From positions 310,001-374,000 of the forward strand of contig QPGO01000007.1 of NCBI GenBank assembly GCA_008632985.1: a stretch of 64,000 bases of DNA, written 5' to 3'. Source of the DNA: Psammoneis japonica (lineage: Eukaryota). The position numbers and the translations under genes were made by a program. Positions 50,307-60,639 of this stretch are shown here, piece after piece (position 1 is the first letter of the stretch; the number at the start of each line of letters is the position of its first letter). The notes beneath the pieces were generated by a model. It saw only the letters and a list, made by a program, of their open reading frames with translations, was not told the origin of the DNA and did not search any database.

Positions 50307-50555
50307 CATTTTTCAGATCACTTGTCCGTCGATTTTTTTAATTAAGGGACCTCGATGAAAAATTGAAATATTTCAATCGTAGCCCGTTGTATCTTTTCTA
50401 CGAAGGCCGGATGGGTCGAGATCAGCTGAGACAGCACCATCATCGTGCGCATCCGCCTTTGTAGAAAAGATACCACGGGCTACGATTGAAATATTTCAAT
50501 TTTTCATCGAGGTCCCTTAATTAAAAAAATCGACGGACAAGTGAACTGAAAAATG
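50307..50555. mobile_element. Young MITE with about 105-bp near-perfect TIRs and TA target duplication (Tc1/mariner type)
   Basis: TA|catttttcagatcacttgtccgtcg...ggatg, a spacer of about 36 bp, then the reverse complement ending gaaaaatg|TA; flanks cgcTA...TAgcg. Confidence 0.9.
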
Positions 50556-51024
50556 TAGCGNAAAGAAAGCGTGCCGGCGATTGATTCGTGGCCGTCGATT
50601 GCGACAACTCGTTTCTTATGTACTGTACAGTACAGTAGGGCTATTCCAGAAGCTTTGGAATGCCACTGCAAATCTATTTTCCTTTATGTATTTCATTCAT
50701 CAGCCCCCGTGCCCGGCGATGTTTAACGAAGATCTAACAACGGAAAAACAATTAGGGCCCTAGGGATCTTGGAAAAATAGTGGTGGCGTTTTGGACTGTC
50801 CAAATGCTATCTCCGTATAAAACAACGTACGGTATCGACAACCATGAACCATGATCAGTGTCAACTACTGTACTTCACGGCATAGTAAGCAGCTTCTCTT
50901 CTCTGATCGCAACCCTTCGTTTTCCTTTACTAGCCTTCGGTTGATCGGAGCTAAAGCATCTGACATAAGCAGTGTTGATCGATGAAAGGAGGCAGCACGC
51001 AAATTGCTTGACACGAAGACGAAT

Positions 51025-51801
51025 ATGAAAGCTTCTGTTGTTGCCTTGCTTCTTAGTTTCATCTATTCGACGTGTTGGTCTTGGAACGTGGCTTCAACAC
51101 CCAGGTACAGGAATGCTTTAAAAGGAGATGCGACGACCATGGTAGAAGTCAAACGGCTTGAGGAACCAAAGCTCGATCATGAAACTGATCGCCGACTCTT
51201 TAGTACAAGGATGCTTCAGGGGGCTGCTGCAAGCGCAATTTTCTGTGCGCTGACTCCAGCAGCGGCAAAGGCCAAAGCCTCCCAGCAAGACATCGAAGAC
51301 AAGGCCAAGCTAGTCGCAGGTCTAAAGCGGCTCAACTTTTTGCTGGACAATTGGGAAAGCGAAACAACCGTATGCGGACAATCGGACAACCCCTACATTG
51401 GACTGTGCGAACGCACGCCAATAAAAGTAATGGATTACATGGGATACAAAAACATAAAGGATCCGCTCTTCAAGGCGGACAAGACGCTTATGCGACTGTC
51501 GTCCAGCGTTTCGCCTGACAACGCACCCGAATATCTTGATGCCATGGAGAAATGGGGTGAAGCGGCCGAAGAGGCCAGCGGCATGGGTACGTGTGATTCC
51601 GTTCGTTGTTCGTTTTGCGCGCTATCCTTCTTTCTGACACTCTCTGCCTTGTTGAAATACTAAGCCTATATTTCGTCATGGGGGGAAGCGAATCCAGGAG
51701 GAGGTAAGGATCGCGTGGCCTTGTTCCTGGAACGTGCCAAGAAACACGTTATCGATGCTCGTGACAGCCTTGCATCGGCTCTAGACCTCTTGGAAGTGTA
51801 G
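51025..51801 (+). CDS. Conserved algal plastid (probably thylakoid-lumen) protein, 2 exons: 51025-51586 and 51665-51801, about 232 aa
   Basis: Signal peptide, transit region, twin-Arg DRRLF, hydrophobic stretch and AKA cleavage site. The GTACGT...CTAAG intron restores MAYISSWGEANPGGGKDR. Function not identified. Confidence 0.8.
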
Positions 51802-51954
51802 CACGGTACAATTTACCTTGCTAAACGTTCGAAGCATGTTGTCTTCGGCTATTTGTGGCGTCAAAGGGAACTTCACTTACGAACTACATATACTCGGGTA
51901 GCACAAATGCGCATATTTTCAAAAGCGCACAACTCTATATAAATCGATTCATTT

Positions 51955-53800
51955 TCAGTGAGACTTTGTAACGACCAGTTCCCCATCTCGGAGAAAGCCA
52001 TACCCAAAATGTGGCATACAACATATGGCGCCCCCCGTGACATCAACCTTGTTGAACGCCAACATTGTACGACAATGCCATCTCCAGCTGGAGGCTTGGT
52101 TTGGTCCAATAGACACTTGATGTGTGAAGCCTCAAGCGGCCGGAGTTGGAGTCTCAGAAGATTGGGGGATGAGCTCGGATTCAGAATCCATCATTTCCAA
52201 GACAGTGTCCTCCAGGAGAGTGTGGTGGCCTCAAATCTGATTGGCTCTCAAACAGTCTCTGAGATCCTGAAGCAGACTAAACTTGTCAGCAGTTGCAATG
52301 AAGCAAATCACTGGCTGGTTTTCGTTGACTCCATCAACACCTTGCAGACATTGTGTTGACAGTCATCATCTTGGTTCTTGTGATGCATCCATTGTTGCTC
52401 AAGATGGCTGTGGAGAACATTTCTAAAAGTGAAAGCATGCTTGTCACGTGCTTTGTCGAGCAGCTGCCCTGAACGTCGTCAAGGGCCAAATGTGCCAAAA
52501 ACTTGAACTCCTTCATCAAGGCAGTGAGATCATTCCTGACACTGCCCCCCAACAAAAACCACCGCATCATCACATGATAAGAGATTCTCCGCAAGCATGA
52601 AAGAATCTCTTGCTTGTCTCAAAAAATCTTTGCCAAATGAACTGCAAGAATGTTGGGATGTGCAGGGGGAACCTGGGCATGACATGGCTGAAGTGCTGGC
52701 ACAATTCTCACACCATCCTGAAAGACACTGTGCTCAAAGTCAAGAGAAATGGTGCCAGCAATGATGCTTTCCTGTGCTGCTGCATTTTTAAGGGTGTTTG
52801 TTGCAGAGGTGGGGCTGATGAGGAGCTGTCACCAAAGCCAAGAGCTTGCCCGGACTCTCCTGTGTTGCCGCTGCACTTCACCCCCCTGAAAGCCTCAAGA
52901 TTGGAGCATTTGTCACACTTGCCTCAGTGTCACACCTGGCATGTTTTTCCATCACTTGATGCACTTGTGCATTTTTGCTGTGGAGCATTCACATCAGCCA
53001 TTGGGAGCTGGGTGCTTGGTGTTTTTGGGCTGTCCTCCCCTCATCTGTGCGCTCAACACTCAGAGCAAACAGTGCAGCCATGCATCACATGTTGAAAATG
53101 CACCATGCTTGTCATTCAAAATTGTGTCACAAGTGGACTGCAGTGCAAAGCCCTCAGGAATTTGGAGCATTTGTCTTTCCAGCTGACCTTTCAGAGCACT
53201 CATTTGCCACATTGATGCCAAAGGCCACTCCAGCTGGTGAGGCAAGGCGGCCGCCACAGTTGGCATGGCACACACTCACATTGTCACACTGTCATCATCA
53301 TCATTGTCATCATGCAACTTGACTGGGTGCAAACTTTTGTCATTGGTTGATGGGTGCACTCAAGCAAAGTGTGCGTCGGCACTGTGTCTGCAAAGACCTT
53401 CCCCCCCAGTGCTTTTTCATTCTTCTTCTCCCAAGTGGCTTCACAGGCACCTTTGCCAAGTTCCTTGTCCAAGCATTGGCAAGAAATTCAGGTGCTGAGC
53501 AGACTGCAAGAAGTTTTTCTTTCTGCACTGACCAAAATGTTGACAAGCCAGCAGTGTTGAAGAAGCACACACATCATGTTGCTGCTCCTGCTGTGATGCA
53601 AGTTGGTGTGAACCCAAGGCAGAAGAAGAAGATCCAACACTTTAGAAAACTCTGAAACATGTCTGCAGCAAAGAATGCCACAAGAAGATAGAGTCATGTC
53701 ACAATTTTTTGATGGCGGGAAGTGAAGAGTGTAGAGTCATGTTTTTGTGGTTTGCATTCTTGATGATTTGAAGGGCGGACGGATGGACGGATGGACATGC
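51955..53800 (-). mobile_element. Decayed non-LTR retrotransposon RT/upstream region, truncated next to the lumen-protein gene
   Basis: Minus-strand YNVGVQQG(D) near 52050, LLDKARDKH, HLAKIF; colinear with 31200-32715. Confidence 0.65.
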
Positions 53801-54167
53801 TCAACTTTCATGTCCAGTCAGGTCTAGACGTCCGACAAAAGCCCCCTGCTGATGGAAGATTGGACCAATCAGAATGCTTCATTTCAAGAACACACATTGC
53901 AATGCTTGGGGCTTTCTGAAAGAACACACATCATCATCATTTGACGATTCCTTCAACACAGACACAGCCATCTTGGTTGATCCATCTCAGACAGACACGC
54001 CGCAATCTGAGCACTGGCGCTCGGACAAAGACACCTCACAAAAAATTCAAACTCCACCCATCTTTTTTCATCTCACTCATCATCAGCACCGACCTGTGCA
54101 AGAGAGTTCTGAGAGAAGGAATTGCAGCAGAATGGAGAAGCATTGCTCCCGCAAGCTTCCCAGCACC

Positions 54168-57100
54168 ATGGGTGTTCAGTCTCAGACTCGAAAGGCAGCC
54201 ACAAAAAAAGCAAAGGAGCAAGCTTTTTCTGGAATTGCTAAGTTGTCGGGAAAAAGCACGCTTCGGTTTACAACATCACCAGCGGCAGAGGCAGAATTGC
54301 AAATTCTGACTCTGCCAAACAGTCGTGCTACTCAAGAAAAGGTTGTTGAGTGCAAAAGGTGCAAACAAGGGCCCTCCCACAAAAAGGGTCATGACATGAC
54401 CTGCCCAAAATCCATCTGCCATGGAAAGAACATGAGTGCCGAGCGAAACGCGGCCATCCATCGCTTCACAAGCCATTTGCACTGGTGCAAAAAACACGCA
54501 GAATTTTTTACGTAGAAAAAATCATAAAAATCAGGGTTTGGCCCGATTTTTTTTCTCGTGCTTCTGCCGTGCTTCTCGGTTCCACCGACGCCTCAAGGCA
54601 TCGTTTTCCCCTGAAACCATTGGCACTTTACATGATGACTTTTACACAAGCAACATGATTCTGTGACTGAACACTTCAAAATTCCATTTTCAGAAATTTG
54701 ATCAACACTCCACTTTGGTCTCACCACGGTGAAAATTTTCCAACGATGGAATTTTGCCGAACGGCAGACATCGTCGTGTTTGTCATCAAAAAGTGAGCAC
54801 GCAAAGTGTCAACCATTGTGACTGAAGTCGATTCCTTGAGGTCGTGGCCTGTTTTTCGCAAAGCATGGGAAAAGCACGAAAAACAAAACAGTCTGCGTGA
54901 ATTTTCTACGTGATTTTTGTGCAAGAAATCAGCCCAAACCCTCTTTTTCAGGACTCACAACCCCTGCACATGGCTTGTCACTGGTGACCCAAGAAAGAAC
55001 GCAAAACAGCTGCCGGGTTGTCAGGCCCCAACTAAGGAAGGCATAGAGGCACTGTTCTACAATGGCGCCAGGGCTTCAAAAAACAACAAGCCATCTGCAA
55101 TGACAGTCTCGTCCAACACCACTGCCACCAATGCTGTCACCAGCACCGTCACGTCGAATGGTGCCACAAGTTCTTCCACCAACATTGAAGAAGACCCTCT
55201 TTCTCAAGAGGTGATAAAGAGAGAGATTCGCAAGAGAGTTGACACATGTGAAAAGAAAAAAAATTCTTGTCCTGCACCAGTGCAGGCTTTGACATTCCAT
55301 CTTTTAGACTTGTGCCCGTCTCGGTTTCATGCCGACTCGAACAAGATCATGGGTGGTGACGCCAATGCCAAGAAGCTCCAATGGCATCAGAAGAACTTCC
55401 CTCCTGGTGCTGTGTCATTTACAGTGCCACGTGATGACATGACAAAAACTCCTGATGACCTCTACACTGAGATTGAAGGGGTTACAGTTCACATCATCTG
55501 CTGGGAATTGAACCACCTCTACACATTTGGAGTGCATTGTTGATGGATGCAACAGTGAGATGATGCACCAGCAGTTTGACATCAAGAAGGAGTGTCCACC
55601 AACTCCAATTTTTGATGTTAGAGGCCCTGCTGATTGGGCAACAGCAATGATGCACAAGTGCAATAAATGCGGTTGTAGATGCAAGGGCAATGATGCAAGG
55701 CTAATTAAGCAGCTGCCAAGGCCTCTCCAAACAAGTTGTCTGGTGGACCTATGATGCGCGGCTGCAAATCTGTCGTTTCATCTAACGCTTCCGACGTTGC
55801 AATGTGTTGACCATGCAATGAAAAAGCATGGCAATGGTGATGATGTTTCTACTTTTCTTCATCAACAAAGAGGTGAAACTTTTGTTGATAAAGAGGAGAT
55901 ACACTGTTCTTTGTTGAAAGAAGCAGTCGGAGACAATGTGACTCCATTGTCAGCTTTTGAGGATTGGATCGGTCACCATGGACCTGCAGGACAAAATGCA
56001 AGAGACATGTGTGATTTTGCCAGGCAATGCAACCTTGCTGAGACTGGTGTGAGTGACAACATTTGGCACACACGAGAAATTCAATCGGTGGGTTGTCGCA
56101 TCAGTGTTGCGTCCGACCACACTTTTGACCAGTTGAAGAATTATGAAGATGACAATGGAAAGGGACTCCTCACCATGGCCACAGAGACAGGAGAGATTGG
56201 CACAGCTGCAACAGTGCCAACATTGGAGACAAAAGACTGTGCCCATGCAGCGGAACAGTTTGCAAGGCATCTGAACGTCAATCCTCAAGTTCATTGCTTG
56301 GACACCTGGCCAAACAAGGAAGAATTTTGGAAACAAATTTTTGGTCAGGATGTTGCATGCAGGCTTGGTCTTTGGCACTGGACCAACCGGATCATTCGGA
56401 CATTGCGAGGTGCTCACGTTGACTGTTGCTGTGTGGTTCGTGAGTTGAAGGATTGCGTGCGGTGCAACAACAAATCCGACGAGGCGAGGGTGATTGATGC
56501 TCTTATCTTTGGAAAACTTGGTGGGAAGAAAAACACAAAGGAAGAAATTGATGATGTCATGAAGAGTGAGAAGTGGAACAATTACAAAAAATATGTTCGA
56601 AGGTGGGCTTGCCCTCTGGAAACACGGAACAGCAATCTTGAATCTTGGTTTGATCGGTGCAAGTGCTCTGCGTCTCCCAGAACGGCAGAGGCGGGCGGGC
56701 GGTGCGACCCGGATTCTGGGAAGCCACTTTTTACCAAGGATGCAAAGCTGGCGGCAGTAAATGCAAGATCATCAGCTCATGGACTTGATGAGCTGCTGCC
56801 ACGAGAAGACTTGCACAGAGTTGTCAAGCCTTCGAAATGGTCCAAGTGTAACCTCGACACTTTTGTGACAACCACCGGCACGGAATCGAAGCTTGAAAAG
56901 CACCACCACATCGTCAAGCATTTTGGAAACACCGGTTCAAGAAGCTTGCCAATGGATGCACTGTGCCTTGTGGGAACGTGTGAACACAACATGTCGATGC
57001 AAGAGCGTCTCAGAATTGATGAAATGACGGCTGACGAGCATGCCAAGATTCCGTGCGCCTTTCGAGGCATTCCTGCTTTCCTCAACCACAGCAAGCTCCA

Positions 57101-57710
57101 ACACGTCAACAAGCTGGCGGAGAAAGCAGGAGTCCCTCATCCTGTGCACGAGAATGTTGAAGAACTAAAAGAAGACAATGGTGAGCGATGCTTTTCAGCG
57201 CACCCGGAACAATTGGAAAGCGTGAGAGTGAATCTAGAAACGAGAAGAGCTGCAACCGGCGCAGCAGCCGCAAGTGACCCAGACCGATGCATGTGCAACA
57301 AGTGTGGGACAAGAAACCCACATTCAACCCGTTCTAACCCAATGCCTAGTGTGGAGAATCCACACAAAAGAAAATCCAAGTCACAGCAACCGCCGCCGTC
57401 TGAAGAGCCACGCGCGAAAAAAGTGAAACCTTCCAATTTGCAAGAGGAAGTCGTTCCGCCAAGACAGCCACCACCAGTGCCAATTGCACCATATCCCATT
57501 CCATGTTGCATTCCAATTCAAGTTAATCCCTTTTGGACTAGTGCACCAACAGTTTTGCCGATGTTGCAGATGCCGCCGAATCTGCAGTCGGATCTGAACC
57601 AAAAATTCTGCTGTTTCCAAGCACGAGATTTTCGCCGGTCAAAAACAAACTTGTTGGGGGTGGCTGCTCGAGGAAGAGTACCACATGATGAGCATTGCTC
57701 ATCAAAGTAG
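54168..57710 (+). mobile_element. KDZ (Kyakuja-Dileera-Zisupton)-like transposase pseudogene with an upstream Cys-cluster domain
   Basis: ASDHTF, VHCLDTWP, CRLGLWHWTNRI (compare RLDIWHFMRR), GKPLFT, GTESKLEKHH (compare GSTSLESFH), ELKEDNGERCF; upstream PIFDVRG...HKCNKC. Interrupted by a MITE, a frameshift near 55530 and a stop at 55752-55754. Confidence 0.65.
54469..54977. mobile_element. 509-bp MITE with 13-bp TIRs and 3-bp TSD, inserted in the KDZ-like ORF
   Basis: tca|caagccatttgca ... tgcacatggcttg|tca. Removing the element and one tca rejoins HRF-TGDP in frame. Internal inverted motifs: acgtagaaaa/ttttctacgt and gggtttgg/ccaaaccc. Confidence 0.7.
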
Positions 57711-58184
57711 CCTGTAAATGTAGATACATTATTACAATTGTGATTCTATCCCATGTTGCGTCTCGAATCGAGGACAAGATGGAAGATGGGAAATGGGGGG
57801 CGATGCCGCCTAAATAAAATCAACCTTCGTATCTTTTTATGCGCGATGGGCTGATGTCCTCTATCTTCAACGCCACGAAAACGCAACAATGCATCGCATC
57901 TTGGAATCTTGCTCTCACTTCATTCAGCAACTGCTGTGTTCTTCTCCCTTCCTTCCTTCTTTCTTGTTGTTACAGCAGCAACGGGGTCGCTTCGCTCCCC
58001 CTCTCCCCCCCCTCTTCTTCCGTCTGTACCCCCCCTATTTTCGACGTCAGTAGAGAGAGTATAATAGACGGTCTCCAATCTTGCGGTGCTGTGAATCCAG
58101 AACAGAAAATGATTGATGAAGAATGAAGACACACTTCGACGCTCGACGCTCCTTCATTCCCCGACCGCAATTGTATCGAAAGCC

Positions 58185-60515
58185 ATGCCCAATGCTGTCA
58201 CTGAAAGTATTTCAAGTTCATCATTTGTTTGGGTAAAGGTCTATGTAGGGGGAAGCCTCGAGAGCGGGATCAACGAACCCTTCAAGATCGGCCCTCCCAT
58301 ACCACGAGACACTAACGACTTGAAAGTGGCCGTCAGGAATGCCGACCCCCAACTAACTCCAAAATGCACCTCTAAATAAGATGAGTGTTTACCCGCCGGG
58401 TACTGCTGTGACGGAATCTGGCACGGCTTGTGCTGCTGGCGGGTACAGCCCAGATGAATTATTGGTCGAGATCATCAATGAATTGAAAGCACAAAATCCA
58501 CCCATATACCGAGGACAGAGGAGGCAAAGAATGCCTTCATTGTGATTGCATCCGCTGCTACCACTCCTGTTACTACTTTACCGCCACAGCTGCTGGAACC
58601 TACGGACAAAATCATGCTGGATGCTATGTCGAGTTGGGGCAAAATGAAAACCACTGATTTAATTCCCTCCAGAAAGAGAAAGGCGGGCTCCAATGAGATT
58701 CCGTCCAATGCGAGTAATGCGTCAGCAGATAAAAATAGCACCAAGGTTCAACGGATCGAAGCTGGTCCGAAACCCTGCCAAGCGTCGGAAGGAGATCAAG
58801 AGATGACGAAAGTGGAAACCCTACCACCGAGTGACGGTTCAAGCTGGTACTGCGGCTATGGAAGGGATCCTCTCTACGTCAGGGAGTGTGTTAAGAATTT
58901 GGGATCCGTCGTCATGGATCATGTACTGGAGTCTGCATCGAAGAAACATACAATCGTGTACGTCATTAGTGGTGCAGCTGGAATCGGCAAGAGCTGGTCC
59001 ATCAATTCATTTGTAACGATGCTGCTCGGGCACAATCTGAAGGTTTTCTTTCATTCAGGCTCGACATCGGAAGCCTGGTACATTACCAACGACAGCGTTC
59101 CGAGAAAGACGTCGCCACGCAATATTTTGGGCTTGCAAGGCAAGGGGTGGATCTATGTCTACGATTTTCCCGGATCAAAAGCCCCAAAAGGAAATTAATT
59201 CCAGGCGCAACTCGTACAAAACAGGGGCGTGTCACTAATATTTTCATCTCCGAAACGATTGAACTACCAGTTTGCCTACGACAAGACCAACGGTTTCAAG
59301 GCAATCTTGAACATTCAAACTGGGAGAAGAAAGAAATGATGGCCGCTAAGGATGACGATCTTGCTGCCGCCGTTGAAGCTTCCTTCGACATATGGGGCGG
59401 CAACATGATCTCACGGTATTACGACTACTCCCCGAACGCGGCACGAAAGTGGGCGTTGAAAAGACTGAAGGATCAAGTAAATGGTTTTGATGAGAATTTT
59501 GTGCAAAAGATGACGAGGACGCTGCAGAAGCAAGAGGTACAACAGCTGTTCAGTAGCGATGCTCTAAAGGACTCTCCAGGTCATATCCTTACACCCGAAC
59601 CTATCAAGACGGACATCTACGAACAATGTTGCTTTGAAGAATTTGTATGGAAGTTTTGTTCCCCCTGTGGCCGAAAAGCTGTTTTGGGATCACGTGAAGT
59701 CGATGAAGAAGACTGTCGTGAAGGAATTGTTGACCTCTGTCTTTCAAGTACCTTCAACGAAAGGTGTCTTGTTCGAAAAAGTATCTCACTTTCAGATCAC
59801 GAACGGACTTGTCAATCGTTTCCGTAGCTATTGGTACTAGGACAGGAGTAAAGAAATTGAGATCTCATTTCCAGAATGCAAGACAATTGAGAGTTTCAAG
59901 ACGAATTCGCTTTCGGAGACTCTAAAGACAGCGTTTGAGTCTCTTCAGTACAAACCCTGACACGCCATAGCATTTGAACCTGAGGACACCTCTTTTGATG
60001 CAGTGGACATGTTCGTGTTGCATAGAAAGCCGACGGGAACGGGGTATGCCATGAATGATTGGCATTTCTATTTGCTGCAGGACACGATTGCGCGAAAACA
60101 CAGCCTGCACCCAATCAAGGTTTTTTCTTACTGCGTCCTTTTGCGCAGAGCATTTACGGCGGCCTTCTCAACGACACCTGCGAACTCTGAGCTTTTGGAA
60201 AAATGTGAGTACGTTGCCGTTGTCCCTCAAGCGACGAAAAATTTTGATTTTGAAGAACCCGTCAGCACTTCGGCATTTGACGAGATTGATGGCGTAGCAG
60301 CTGTTCTGGATTACGAATGGCCTGATGGTTTTTCAGCACAGAAGCCGGACTGGGCGAGCTTCGTGAAGATTTGTGACCTGGTTATCCCACCTGCGTCATC
60401 AGGCAAGCCAAGGAGTCTGAACAAGACGGTAGTTGCAAATGCTCTGCTACTTGATCACGCTGCAAAACAGTTGTTAGAGAGGAGCCGAGTGGTGTTTGAC
60501 ATTTTGGACGCTTAA
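58185..60515 (+). pseudogene. Crinkler/RHS-like effector pseudogene: ubiquitin-like header, P-loop NTPase and REase-like tail; many frameshifts
   Basis: FVWVKVY...PFKI..IPRDTNDLKVAV header; LYVREC; YVISGAAGIGKSW Walker A; WIYVYD; WGGN; KGVLFEK; AVDMFVL...FYLLQDTIARKHS. Confidence 0.65.
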
Positions 60516-60639
60516 TCTTAAAATTATTTCTTGTAAATGCATTGTGTACATCGCCAGTCTAGATTGAGAGTGACGACGAATGCATCGGCAACCATGTCGT
60601 GAAGAAAAATATCACGATAAACCAGCTACCCTTGCCAAT

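Noticed and set aside
50302..50561. Hairpin as an ncRNA or an assembly artefact (N at 50561)
   Set aside because: The arms differ at a few bases, are TA-flanked and match the TIRs of a separate element at 47543-48854, so a MITE is the simpler call.
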